Source: Patescibacteria group bacterium
Lineage (GTDB): Bacteria > Patescibacteriota > Microgenomatia > UBA1400 > PJMF01
Length of the DNA stretch: 64,000 nucleotides
Reading direction: 5' to 3'
Assembly: GCA_016861205.1 (NCBI GenBank)
Contig: BOKX01000001.1
Location: 136,539 to 200,538 of the forward strand
Of the stretch, positions 22,237-32,134 are shown piece by piece. Under the pieces are notes generated by a model. It was given only the letters and a program-made list of their open reading frames with translations, was not told where the DNA came from and searched no databases. The translations under genes and the position numbers were made by a program. The stretch's first letter is position 1. Each line of letters opens with the position of its first letter.

Positions 22237-22549
22237 TTTTTCTTGCCTGGGCTAGCTGTTGTTCACCGAGTTCATCGAGAAGTTCAGCAAATTGGTGGCT
22301 GGTTAACAAGTGAAGTTCAGCGGCTGTCCGAATTGTGTCGATGAAGTAGTTAACATCTACCTGTGCTGCTTGCACCCGAGGTTCAAAGATCTTGGGGATG
22401 ACACTTTGTAAGAAATTAAAAACGAGCAGATAACTGACATCTGGTTTCTGACCTTCTTCGCAAGGTGCGTGGATAACCATTTCGGTGCCAGTTATCTGTG
22501 CAATAGTTTCAAAGCGGCGTCTCAACTCGGGATTGATAGTAGTGTTCAT
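22223..22549 (-). CDS. Hypothetical protein
   Basis: ORF downstream of Nudix pair. Confidence 0.55.
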   Translation of the reverse strand: MNTTINPELRRRFETIAQITGTEMVIHAPCEEGQKPDVSYLLVFNFLQSVIPKIFEPRVQAAQVDVNYFIDTIRTAAELHLLTSHQFAELLDELGEQQLAQARKTRAV

Positions 22550-22556
22550 AGACCTT

Positions 22557-23006
22557 TCACTTGGTTGGATACTTGATACTAACTGTCGGAGGTTCAACGT
22601 TGGTGAGGCAGTCTTTGGCGAGTGGAATTAACCAGTTCAAGTTGGGCATCACTTGTGGTGGCAAATTCGTTGTGGAGTACCAGGCTACAGGCTCGTCGGT
22701 TTTGGAGCTAAGGTCAGTAAGCAAGCCATCGTAACGAACAGCGAACACCTGCACGCGCCAATTTTTGAGCGAAATTTTACCAACTGACTGCCAAGCCTGA
22801 GTTGGAATGTGTAAGTTAGCTTCTTCAAAAACTTCTCGGCTTAAGCAAGTTCGCCATTTTTCTCGGGCTTCCACTTTGCCGCCCAGACCATTCAGCCTGC
22901 CATCTTGCCAGCGGGGTCGGTGCTTCTCAATCAAGATAACTTGTGACAGATCAGGTGTGAATACAAATCCCAAGGTTGCTTTGACAGAGCGAGTGATGAC
23001 AGCCAT
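22557..23006 (-). CDS. Nudix hydrolase
   Basis: GGKVEARE...CLSREVFEEANL. Confidence 0.85.
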   Translation of the reverse strand: MAVITRSVKATLGFVFTPDLSQVILIEKHRPRWQDGRLNGLGGKVEAREKWRTCLSREVFEEANLHIPTQAWQSVGKISLKNWRVQVFAVRYDGLLTDLSSKTDEPVAWYSTTNLPPQVMPNLNWLIPLAKDCLTNVEPPTVSIKYPTK

Positions 23007-23028
23007 GGCGGGATTCTAGCATTCACGC

Positions 23029-23454
23029 TTAAAGTAGGTCTGACAAACGAGGTTTGTCAGGGTCGAAGTAAAGCTCAAGTCCGGCTTCATGACCTGGTAA
23101 CACATTATCAGGTAAAGTGTCGACACTCACCCACTCCCAACCCTCACATTTATCAGGTTCCATCAGCTGAAGTTGGCCAGAGTACTGATCACAACTGAAA
23201 ATGAAGTGAATAAAACTACCAGCTTCTTGTTTCTCCCGAACAGTACCTACATAGACCAATTTTTGGGCTTCCAAACCAGTTTCTTCACGCAGCTCGCGGG
23301 CAGCCCCATCAATGAGAGACTCATTGGGTTCAACTCGACCTCCAGGCAGACCATAGGTACCAGCAAAGTACGAGTTCTTGCGTTTACCCAAGAGGATAGC
23401 ACGTTGTGTGGCGTTGAAAATGATAACAGCGGCGCCGATGAGTTGGTCAGACAT
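23029..23454 (-). CDS. Nudix hydrolase
   Basis: PGGRVEPNE...AARELREETGL, EPDKCEGWEW. Confidence 0.9.
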   Translation of the reverse strand: MSDQLIGAAVIIFNATQRAILLGKRKNSYFAGTYGLPGGRVEPNESLIDGAARELREETGLEAQKLVYVGTVREKQEAGSFIHFIFSCDQYSGQLQLMEPDKCEGWEWVSVDTLPDNVLPGHEAGLELYFDPDKPRLSDLL

Positions 23455-23539
23455 GAGGTGAGTATAACGAGGTAAGCGAGTAAGGTTAAGCGCAAATTTA
23501 TACATATCAAATGAGTATCAGTGCTATAATCCGACTCGT

Positions 23540-23764
23540 ATGAAAGAGTATTTTGCACAAGCCAAGACAGCTGTTCAAACATTAATTGATCAAGGAGCTT
23601 CACCTGAAGCTATTCACTCATGTATCGCAGAATGGATGATTGCTGGGGCACTTGAGGTGCTTCCAGAAATCGACTGGGAAGCACATGATGATTTTTGGGA
23701 TAGCTTGCTCATTCCTCCATTGACTCGAGTTGGTATGACTGAAGAGAACCGTTACACGCGGTAG
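23540..23764 (+). CDS. Small hypothetical protein
   Basis: ATG 9 nt after TATAAT. Confidence 0.55.
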   Translation: MKEYFAQAKTAVQTLIDQGASPEAIHSCIAEWMIAGALEVLPEIDWEAHDDFWDSLLIPPLTRVGMTEENRYTR

Positions 23765-23868
23765 GTGCTTAAGTTGGTGATATTTATCACAATTTTGGAG
23801 TATAATACCCAAGTTGTAAGAAGTATTTTCACCTCTCTATGGCACTGCTCTAAGTTCAACATCAACCA

Positions 23869-24639
23869 GTGGCTCCTGTTTTAGAATCAGGGTCTCGCCG
23901 CCGCCGAACGTCTCACACTCAGCCAGAATTGCCTTCTCATCCTGACTTGATCCTTAGCCACGGCGCTGATCATTTCAGCATGGCATTTGTTTTGTCGCTC
24001 ATTTTTGAGCCAAAAAAAACAAGTTTTGAACGGTGGTGGGAAGCCACGAGCCAAATCGCAGTGTTGAACTTGATGGCCGAAAGTTTAACTCGTCGGGATC
24101 TCGCTTTTTGTGAAGCTCGTCGGTCAGAGATTAAGATGATGTCCCCAGAGACAGCAGAGCCAGTTTGGAATCAATGCTTTGATGAGTTACAAGCATTTGA
24201 ACAACACTATGGACACCTCAGTGAGAGCGATCAGCAACGAGCGCTCAAGTTGGTTTTTGACACTATTCGCATTTGCCCAGGTGTTACTGTGCTCAGTGGT
24301 ACGCAGCGGTTGTTGCGGTTACAGAATGTCGGGCCAAAAGTTGCGACAGCTATTCTGGATGAAGTTGGCACCAGATGTTATCAATGGGGCGATTTGTGTG
24401 ACCAACGTCGTCACCGATATGGTGCCAAAACGGGCGTCGGTGATGCTCACGAACGATTGGATTCAGTCTTTGGTTTTAATCATCAATTGTTTGAACTGGA
24501 TCGAGAGTTAGGTCAAGAACTTGCTGCCCGTATTACGTTGCCTGAGCTAGCCATACTGGTGGGAGTTCCGGTCAGCACCTTGGTCTCATCTCGTGTGTAT
24601 CAGCCCGTGCTTGATTCGGTAGGCTTCCTCGCTGCCTAA
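23869..24639 (+). CDS. Hypothetical protein
   Basis: 256-aa ORF. Confidence 0.6.
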   Translation: MAPVLESGSRRRRTSHTQPELPSHPDLILSHGADHFSMAFVLSLIFEPKKTSFERWWEATSQIAVLNLMAESLTRRDLAFCEARRSEIKMMSPETAEPVWNQCFDELQAFEQHYGHLSESDQQRALKLVFDTIRICPGVTVLSGTQRLLRLQNVGPKVATAILDEVGTRCYQWGDLCDQRRHRYGAKTGVGDAHERLDSVFGFNHQLFELDRELGQELAARITLPELAILVGVPVSTLVSSRVYQPVLDSVGFLAA

Positions 24640-24702
24640 ACTTTTTTTCTCACCGAGTTTCCATCTTCCCTCTTTTCATAGACCGCTGATTTCTTTAAGC
24701 TG

Positions 24703-25293
24703 GTGAATGTGACCGGTCGCACCCACGATTTAGCTGCATTTACCGCCCTCGTTTTGGTAGCGACGGCTTTGCCAAGTCTGCCATCGATGTCGTACGCCAC
24801 GCTCATCTTGGCTTTTGGTGCCAACTTTGTGGGTGGTTTGTTTCCTGACATTGATCAAAAAACCAGTGATTTCTGGGACAACTTTCGCCTAGGGCCATTT
24901 GTGGCTAAAGTCGTCTGTCCGTTTTTGGGTGGGCATCGAAATGTATCTCACTCATTGGTGGGACTGGTTTTGATTGGTAGCCTCGCCCATTTTAGCTTGC
25001 AGTTACTCGTGAAGCTGGTGAATTTGGAGATCGATCCAAGTGTGGTGTGGTGGGCATTTATGATTGGGGTGGTATCGCACATTATCATGGACTTGCCCAC
25101 TAAGGCTGGCGTGCCTTTCTTGTGGCCGATGGATTGGAAGTTTGGGATTCCCCCATTTCGAGCCTTGCGGATGGAAAGTGGTAAGTTTGTAGAAAAGTGG
25201 GTGGTATTTCCGGGGTTGCTGGCGCTAACTGCCTGGACGCTGTTTTCGCACTATCAGTCAGTACTGACTTTTTTCAAACAGGGACTTCACTAG
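24703..25293 (+). CDS. YdjM/YbcI-like membrane metal-dependent hydrolase
   Basis: GRTH, PDID, HRNVSHS, SHIIMD..T..GVP. Confidence 0.88.
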   Translation: MNVTGRTHDLAAFTALVLVATALPSLPSMSYATLILAFGANFVGGLFPDIDQKTSDFWDNFRLGPFVAKVVCPFLGGHRNVSHSLVGLVLIGSLAHFSLQLLVKLVNLEIDPSVVWWAFMIGVVSHIIMDLPTKAGVPFLWPMDWKFGIPPFRALRMESGKFVEKWVVFPGLLALTAWTLFSHYQSVLTFFKQGLH

Positions 25294-25477
25294 CACGTTG
25301 TTTCCGGTATACTCACTCCGTGGCGTTACGATGTTGTGTCACCAGCTGTTGTTGTCAAACCAATGTTTAATTGGTTTGCAGCAGTCTGTCTTTTCCCCAT
25401 ATTTTTTAGCTAGCTGAGAACACAGAGTTTTGCAAATCAAAACTTCTTTTTGATTTGTTATTTGAAGGAAAAACTCT

Positions 25478-25720
25478 ATGTCAAAATTACCAGCGTTAAG
25501 CAGTTTTACATTTCGACTAGCCCACTACGTGGTTCAGGATGACCGCGGAAATGAAGGTGTGCTCAAGATAAATTATCAGGATAACACCTATGAGCTAGAG
25601 GCAGTCTCATCACACCTCAGTCCCAAGTTTGTCAAAACAATTGACGAGGTCGCCGCTAGTTTGTTGCGCCGCAAACATGGCCAAAACTTTGTGGACCGGG
25701 TGCTACGGGGTGAGGGGTGA
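25478..25720 (+). CDS. Small hypothetical protein with structured leader
   Basis: 80-aa ORF preceded by GAAGGA and hairpins. Confidence 0.65.
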   Translation: MSKLPALSSFTFRLAHYVVQDDRGNEGVLKINYQDNTYELEAVSSHLSPKFVKTIDEVAASLLRRKHGQNFVDRVLRGEG

Positions 25721-25735
25721 AGATAGAAAATTAAG

Positions 25736-26227
25736 CTAAACTCGTTTGCCCATTTCAATCACGCGTGGCACATAGCCGAGTTTGCGATACAGCTGTTGGG
25801 CTGACTCGTTAGTGGCGTGCACGTCATGGAGCCGAATCAATTGACAACCTTGCTGTTTGAAATGCTGCTCTAATGTTGTGATCAGCGCGGTAGCTACATG
25901 TTGACCGCGGTATGCTGGTAATACGAATAACTCGTAAAAAGTAGCTGATTTGACAACACATTTTTGAAGTTCTTTATCAGGTTTATCAACAGCGCCAAAT
26001 AAAAAGCCAACCGGTTGGTCATCAGCGTTGACCGCGACTAAGAACTTGCCAGTACCATTCCGGTGCTGAGCAGTCAGGCCCAACAAATAATTACGCAACA
26101 ACTTAACAGTGTAGCTTTCAAATCGGATTGGTTTCTGAATGGAGATATGAAACTCAATGGTTTGCACGATCATGTCCAAGATGGCTGACCAGTCACTGTT
26201 ACGGTAATCTCGAATGGTAGGTTTCAT
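25736..26227 (-). CDS. GNAT family acetyltransferase
   Basis: LFVLPAYRGQHVA, NESAQQLYRKLGY. Confidence 0.88.
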   Translation of the reverse strand: MKPTIRDYRNSDWSAILDMIVQTIEFHISIQKPIRFESYTVKLLRNYLLGLTAQHRNGTGKFLVAVNADDQPVGFLFGAVDKPDKELQKCVVKSATFYELFVLPAYRGQHVATALITTLEQHFKQQGCQLIRLHDVHATNESAQQLYRKLGYVPRVIEMGKRV

Positions 26228-26229
26228 TC

Positions 26230-26508
26230 TCACCAGAATCTCCTCTCTCTTAAGCATTTTTTGACCTCATAGTAACGGCGAGTTGGAATGAGGGATCGAT
26301 CGATCCCTAACACTTGGTATTCCTCATTTGTCAGGGTGACTAAGGCATCAAGATTTTTGAACTCACGCGCCACTTTCTCTTCACAGCGATCTTGAAAGTA
26401 ATCTTGAACCAGAATGCTCAAAAACCACAATACTGGGCTCAGTATGATCAAAATAAAAATAAGAAGTAAGGTGTTTTTAAGGTAAGGAAGTAGTGGTTTG
26501 GTCGTCAT
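26230..26508 (-). CDS. Small membrane protein
   Basis: N-terminal TM; in operon-like run. Confidence 0.6.
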   Translation of the reverse strand: MTTKPLLPYLKNTLLLIFILIILSPVLWFLSILVQDYFQDRCEEKVAREFKNLDALVTLTNEEYQVLGIDRSLIPTRRYYEVKKCLRERRFW

Positions 26509-27080
26509 AGTAGTGATCTTTTTTCTAACTCACGGTGTAGCTCAGGTAAAGATGTAAACTGAATCGAGTCGATACCCATCTTTTGCCCAGCTAGTACGTT
26601 ATCTTTTGTATCATCGATAAAAATTAATTCATGTGGTTTATGGCCACAAGTACTCAGCAGTAGGTTGAAGAACTCAACAGCGGGTTTTTTCATTTTATGC
26701 TCGGATGAAATGATTATTTCATCGAACAGCTCGTTTAGTTGATGTTTATGGAGAAGTTTACGCAGCAACTCACTTAGATGGTTTGAGAACAAAACAATCT
26801 GATATTTCTTTTTAAGTTGTTGAATGAGCGTAATCATTTCGCAATCAACCTGTGTTTTGTCAAAAAACACGTCCCAAATTTGCTCTGATTTAACACCAGT
26901 TGCAGTTTCAATACGATGATATGTTTCCCAGAGTCCAATCTGGCCCAAATCCCAAAGGTGGCTGCTTTCTTTAATGAGCTGGTATCGAGGATCGTCAGGA
27001 GTCAGTTTATCTCTCATCCAACTCATAATAGGGCCAGCTGAGATAACGCCTGTGTAATCAAAAACAATAGTTTTGATCAT
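26505..27080 (-). CDS. HAD family phosphatase
   Basis: IVFDYTGV, FSN, KKP, FIDD. Confidence 0.9.
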   Translation of the reverse strand: MIKTIVFDYTGVISAGPIMSWMRDKLTPDDPRYQLIKESSHLWDLGQIGLWETYHRIETATGVKSEQIWDVFFDKTQVDCEMITLIQQLKKKYQIVLFSNHLSELLRKLLHKHQLNELFDEIIISSEHKMKKPAVEFFNLLLSTCGHKPHELIFIDDTKDNVLAGQKMGIDSIQFTSLPELHRELEKRSLL

Positions 27081-27667
27081 TTTTTATCTGACCCATCAAT
27101 CGATGAGCGACTGTACTCTAATTCCAGCAGTTTCTCGAGCAATGGGAAATGAGTATAGGGCTGCCCAAAAGTGTTGGAGCCCATGTGGCCCTCGCTGTCT
27201 CTCAGAATCAAGGTGCCGCCCAGGTTTTGCCACATGTACAGACCCTCTTCGTGGTTACAGCCCCAAGGGTCATTGTTTGAGTTGAGGAAAATTAAATCGC
27301 GGACGTGTTGTTTAATTTTGGTCCAATCGTAACTGTCTTGCAAAATAGCTTCAGATTCTTTCTTTTCACCTTTTGGTCGAGCATAGCCAGATACTAAAAT
27401 GGCTTTGTGCACCTGGACTGATAGGTTTTCTAAGATACTTAAAATTAATGGCCCGCCGGCCGAGTGGCCAATGATGACCGTGTTTTCGTTAAAAGTTCCT
27501 TCAGACAAAACTGCTGACAACCATTTTTTGAGATCAGGATGATCTGCGTCTGGCAATTGAGGCGCCCAGACCGTGTAGCCCTGAGTTTCCAAAAAGCTCC
27601 GGATACTCGGCAGCCAAAATGCGTTAGGGGTATCGCCCGTGCCGTGTAACAAAATGGCGTTTTTCAT
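27077..27667 (-). CDS. RBBP9/YdeN-like alpha/beta hydrolase
   Basis: LLHG, GHSAGG, SNNDPW, GHMG. Confidence 0.88.
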   Translation of the reverse strand: MKNAILLHGTGDTPNAFWLPSIRSFLETQGYTVWAPQLPDADHPDLKKWLSAVLSEGTFNENTVIIGHSAGGPLILSILENLSVQVHKAILVSGYARPKGEKKESEAILQDSYDWTKIKQHVRDLIFLNSNNDPWGCNHEEGLYMWQNLGGTLILRDSEGHMGSNTFGQPYTHFPLLEKLLELEYSRSSIDGSDKK

Positions 27668-27715
27668 TAACAGATTATAGCAGGAGAACGTAGGGTGAAG
27701 AGTTTCGCTTGAGTG

Positions 27716-27786
27716 ATGCCCCGCTTGGATTCGAACCAAGATAAACAGCTTCAAAGGCTGCTGTCCTGCCATTAGACCACGGGGCA
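27716..27786 (-). tRNA. tRNA-Gln(TTG)
   Basis: TGCCCCG...GCAGC-CT-TTG-AA-GCTGT...GTTCGAATC...CGGGGCAT. Confidence 0.93.
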
Positions 27787-27868
27787 GACAATCTGGACAA
27801 ACGCAGTAATCACCGCAGACCAGAGGCTACTATTGTACCAAACTACCCGGCCAAGTGCCAGCATGTTG

Positions 27869-28645
27869 CTAGGCGGATGGTGAGACAGATTCAGATTCCC
27901 AAACCCAGTAGTGATTCAACTGGCCAGTTTGGCCATCAGCTTTGAAATCAGCCAGCAGACGCAACGGCAGATGGTCAGTTAGGTCTGCCATTTCAGTGGC
28001 GGTAACTAAGTGGCAGTAACGATACTGCGGTTGCGACGGATCACTACTCCAGCTCAAAAAGTAGTCGTTTGGTTCCAGATCGGTTTCAGGAAAGCCTAGC
28101 TTGACGCCAGCTACTTGTTTGGCCACTAATTTTGGACTGTCAGTAAACTGCCAAGCCGCTACGACCAGTTTCCCACCGGGTTTTAAAGATTCAGTGGCGA
28201 GCTTCAAGAATGTATGGCGCAACTCAAAACTTGGTACATGATGGATAAAACCAAACGCGACAACAAGATCTGCAGTTTGGGGACTAAAGTTCGGGACACG
28301 TTTGTTATTGAGCCAATTGTCAATGAGGTCAACGGTGAAGAGCTGATGTCGGACACCGATGCCGGTGAGTTTGGTTGCAGCTTTGGCTAGCAGCGAAGCT
28401 GTTACATCGTAACCAATGTACTGCCAATCCGAAGTTGGGGTGTGCTGGTGTACAAACTCAGCCCATCGAGCATTGCCACAGCCAATGTCGAGCACAACTG
28501 CACGCTCAGAGAGCGGCAAAATGTGTTGTGCAACTTCTTCCCACCCGGCCCAAGCAGTTTGGCGGGTTTGGTCAAAGTCATCGGCAGCTGTTTGGTAGCA
28601 ATCAATGTTGAGCTGATTGAGTTGCGAGATCGTGGTTTTTTGCAC
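27869..28645 (-). CDS. Class I SAM-dependent methyltransferase
   Basis: VLDIGCGNAR, FIHHVP, LKPGG. Confidence 0.88.
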   Translation of the reverse strand: MQKTTISQLNQLNIDCYQTAADDFDQTRQTAWAGWEEVAQHILPLSERAVVLDIGCGNARWAEFVHQHTPTSDWQYIGYDVTASLLAKAATKLTGIGVRHQLFTVDLIDNWLNNKRVPNFSPQTADLVVAFGFIHHVPSFELRHTFLKLATESLKPGGKLVVAAWQFTDSPKLVAKQVAGVKLGFPETDLEPNDYFLSWSSDPSQPQYRYCHLVTATEMADLTDHLPLRLLADFKADGQTGQLNHYWVWESESVSPSA

Positions 28646-28735
28646 AGTAAAAACTATATGAACTGAACGTCATTTTATCATGATGACAGCGGAGCACTGA
28701 GTGTTATACTTTGCACTGCTTGAAAGCATTACGCC

Positions 28736-29779
28736 ATGGTAAAAAGTTTTGAAACTGAAACCTATTTTGATGAAGATGAGGTAGATCCAAGTCTCGTAGT
28801 GGCGTTAGTATACTCTTCTGACAAAGATCTAAGGGAAACGGTTGAGTTGGAAGACGATGAAGCCGTTCCGACTGAAGCTGAATTAATGGCTGTTGATGCC
28901 GACGAGCCTGAACCACAAGGTGACGTCGATGGCTTAATTGATGAGGACGACCTCGTAGGTTTGTACTTGCTTGAAATTAGACAGTACCCGTTGTTGACAG
29001 AGGATGAAGAAAAAGACCTGCTCACCAAAATTAAAAATGGTGATACAGAGGCTCGAGATCGGTTGCTGAAGTCGAACACGCGATTGGCAATTTGGATGGC
29101 TAAGCGATACAAAGGCCGAGGAGTGAGCTTTTTAGATTTAATCCAAGCTGGCAACGATGGTTTGATGTATGCACTGTCGAAATACGACGAACGCTATGGC
29201 AACAGGTTTGCAACTTACGCCACGTATTGGGTCCGACAAAAAATTGTACGAGAACTTGCCTTACACAGTAGCGCCATTCGTCGACCTTTGCGTCACAATG
29301 GACACCTGCGGTTATACCTGGACACTGTTGATGCATTAGAGGATGAGCTTGGTCGGAAACCGACCAATAAGGAAGTGTCCCTGAAAAGTGGTCTCACCAT
29401 TAAAAATATTCAAAACCTGCGCACAAAAGCGCGAGTGCCGATTAGTCTCAACCAAGTTGCCTCACTCCATGATGACACTCAGCGAGAAATTGGTGAGCTG
29501 ATTGAAGATCCGAGTAATCCCCAACCTGCAATAGTGGCTGAATTGTTAGCAATGAGCGAGCTGGCTGAGCGGATGTTGAGTGTGTTGACAGATAGACAGC
29601 GTCAAGTGATGGAGATGTTGTATGGATTCTATAGCGATATTCCTAAAAAAAACTACACTGAAGTCGGTCGACGATTAGGTGTATCCCACACTCGTATCCA
29701 ACAGATCGAGAGAGACGCCATATTCAAAATCCACCGCAAATTTTATCCTGATCACTATCGTAGCATTCTTTCCGAGTAA
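28736..29779 (+). CDS. Sigma-70 family (RpoD/RpoS-like, no region 1.1) sigma factor
   Basis: YLLEIRQYPLLT, DLIQAGNDGL, RFATYATYWVRQ, region 4 HTH EVGRRLGVSHTRIQQIE. Confidence 0.9.
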   Translation: MVKSFETETYFDEDEVDPSLVVALVYSSDKDLRETVELEDDEAVPTEAELMAVDADEPEPQGDVDGLIDEDDLVGLYLLEIRQYPLLTEDEEKDLLTKIKNGDTEARDRLLKSNTRLAIWMAKRYKGRGVSFLDLIQAGNDGLMYALSKYDERYGNRFATYATYWVRQKIVRELALHSSAIRRPLRHNGHLRLYLDTVDALEDELGRKPTNKEVSLKSGLTIKNIQNLRTKARVPISLNQVASLHDDTQREIGELIEDPSNPQPAIVAELLAMSELAERMLSVLTDRQRQVMEMLYGFYSDIPKKNYTEVGRRLGVSHTRIQQIERDAIFKIHRKFYPDHYRSILSE

Positions 29780-29808
29780 ACTGGACTTGACCCTGTATAC
29801 TACCTATT

Positions 29809-31641
29809 GTGCCCGCATATCAGTTTGATTCAGCCAACTATTTAGACCAACTCGTGCCATTATTGCAAGAGTTGGATGCTATCGAGCAGCCAACTGCCAA
29901 AGACGTAAAAAACCTACTTAAAAAATATCGAAAACCAACCGGCGGCTACTTTGCGAAAGATGAGTTGGTTCAGGCCTATCGCCAACTGGCCGGCACCCAC
30001 GGTTTGCGGTCACTCCAAGCACACCTGCTGCACTTGTTGCAAATGAAACCCACGCGCACCATGTCCGGAGTCACACCCGTGACGGTTTTAACGAAGCCCT
30101 TCCCCTGTCCGGGTAAATGCATTTTTTGTCCGAATGATATTCGGATGCCGAAAAGTTACCTCAGCGACGAGCCGGGCGCACAGCGCGCTGAGCGCAACTG
30201 GTTTGATCCGTATCTGCAAACCTACAACCGCTTGCAGGCTTTTGCCAACATTGGCCACAGCGTGGATAAAGTTGAGCTGATTATTTTGGGTGGGACGTGG
30301 TCCTTTTATCCCGAACCATACCAGATTTGGTTTATTAAAGAGTGTTTCCGAGCATTGAATGATTTCGGAGCTGGACGGGATGGTCGTCCAGTAGTGAGTG
30401 AGCACTACCAACAGATGCAAGCCTCACTTGAAGCTAAGGGTGAGTTCGCACCGAGTGATGATCCCACGAAAAACCGAGCCGCGACCGCCAAGCAACAACT
30501 CAAAGGTGATGAGTTGCTGGAAAGTTACAACCAAGTAGTGTCAGAACTGTATGTGGCGCCCGAACGACGTGGTGGATTCGAGCAGTACCAATCGGCAGAG
30601 TGGTCAGCTTTGGAGGCTGAACAACGTGAGAATGAACTGGCCAAGGTTCGTAATGTTGGTTTGGTGATTGAAACGCGACCTGACAACGTTTCAGAGACTG
30701 AAGTCAAAAGAATTCGACGCTTAGGTTGTACCAAAACTCAGATCGGGGTCCAGTCTTTGCAAGATGCGGTACTGACTGCCAACCACCGTGGTCACGACGT
30801 GGCTGCTACGCGGCGAGCTTTTCAACTGTTGCGCCAGGCAGGTTTCAAAATTCATGCGCATTGGATGGCCAATTTACACGGTTCTTCTGTGACTGCCGAC
30901 CAAGCTGACTATGATCTACTATTTAGCGACCCAGATTTTAAACCCGATGAGTTAAAGATTTACCCGTGTTCGCTGATTGAAAGTGCAGAGCTGATGGCCT
31001 ACTACCAACGCGGCGAGTGGCGGCCCTACACACACCAGGAACTTTTGACCGTGCTCAAACACTGTCTGCTGGCTACGCCTGGTTACTGCCGTTTGACGCG
31101 GGTGATTCGTGATATTCCCTCCCCCGACATTGTGGTTGGCAATAAGTTAACCAACTTCCGCCAACTTGTTGAAAACGAACTGGAACAAGCTGGTCAGCGT
31201 TCACAAGACATTCGCAGTCGGGAGATCAAAAGCCAAGCTTTTGATCCTGATGCCGCCCAACTATCTGAAATTGTGTACGAGACAAGTGTGAGTCAGGAAC
31301 ACTTTCTCCAGTATCAAGTGAATGGCAAGCTAGCTGCCTTTTTGCGCTTAAGTTTGCCAACCAAACCGAGCTTAATAGATGAGCTGACGGATGCCGCCAT
31401 CATTCGCGAACTCCATGTGTATGGTCAAGCAGTAGAACTCGGTGCCCAGCGACAAGGCAAGGCACAGCATCAAGGTTTGGGCAAAAAACTGCTGGCAGCA
31501 GCTCAGGCCACTGCCGCCAAAGCTGGCTTTGCCAAGTTGGCAGTCATTTCAGCTATTGGTACTCGTGAGTACTACCGGCAACGTGGTTTCCAAGACGGTG
31601 AGTTGTATCAGAGCTGTATAATTGCTCCTCATGAAAAATGA
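29809..31641 (+). CDS. elp3: Elp3-family radical SAM/acetyltransferase (tRNA U34 modification)
   Basis: RTMSGVTPV, CPGKCIFCP, IETRPD, RVIRDIP, IRELHVYG, QHQGLG, ISAIGTREYY. Confidence 0.92.
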   Translation: MPAYQFDSANYLDQLVPLLQELDAIEQPTAKDVKNLLKKYRKPTGGYFAKDELVQAYRQLAGTHGLRSLQAHLLHLLQMKPTRTMSGVTPVTVLTKPFPCPGKCIFCPNDIRMPKSYLSDEPGAQRAERNWFDPYLQTYNRLQAFANIGHSVDKVELIILGGTWSFYPEPYQIWFIKECFRALNDFGAGRDGRPVVSEHYQQMQASLEAKGEFAPSDDPTKNRAATAKQQLKGDELLESYNQVVSELYVAPERRGGFEQYQSAEWSALEAEQRENELAKVRNVGLVIETRPDNVSETEVKRIRRLGCTKTQIGVQSLQDAVLTANHRGHDVAATRRAFQLLRQAGFKIHAHWMANLHGSSVTADQADYDLLFSDPDFKPDELKIYPCSLIESAELMAYYQRGEWRPYTHQELLTVLKHCLLATPGYCRLTRVIRDIPSPDIVVGNKLTNFRQLVENELEQAGQRSQDIRSREIKSQAFDPDAAQLSEIVYETSVSQEHFLQYQVNGKLAAFLRLSLPTKPSLIDELTDAAIIRELHVYGQAVELGAQRQGKAQHQGLGKKLLAAAQATAAKAGFAKLAVISAIGTREYYRQRGFQDGELYQSCIIAPHEK

Positions 31642-32134
31642 AGTAACCCCATCCCAATCAGCTGACGCTGAGTTTAATCGACGGTTTTTACGAGCAGTGA
31701 GCCATCCGTTGAGAGTTGACCTTGGTTTGTACCGGGAAAATATCAGTTCACTGCGTCAGCCGAGTTTGGAAAACACGCCCACAGCGTTTTTGCTCCTCTT
31801 TTTTCAAATTCTAGGCAACGTGACGATTGCGACTTGCCTAATCAAGCCAGAATTAATGATGGAGTCAGCGACTGTTTTTGCGGAACCACCAATTCCCATA
31901 CATGAACGCATGCTACGGATCGGTTTGTTGTCTGCTATCGCTCTCGACAATCGTAAAGCCGGCCAGCCAGCTGAGTCAGTGCCCAGTCCACTTAAAGTTT
32001 TATTGCGCTATCGCTACTATCAAGTCAATCGTTTACTGCAAGGTGCTTGGGACAGAGTTCCATTCAAAAAGCACACAGGTGCTGAATTTTTTGCCACCAG
32101 TTCTCCAACCAACCCTGACCAATTCCCGGAATAA
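31631..32134 (+). CDS. Hypothetical protein
   Basis: ORF overlapping elp3 end and recQ end. Confidence 0.5.
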   Translation: MKNEVTPSQSADAEFNRRFLRAVSHPLRVDLGLYRENISSLRQPSLENTPTAFLLLFFQILGNVTIATCLIKPELMMESATVFAEPPIPIHERMLRIGLLSAIALDNRKAGQPAESVPSPLKVLLRYRYYQVNRLLQGAWDRVPFKKHTGAEFFATSSPTNPDQFPE

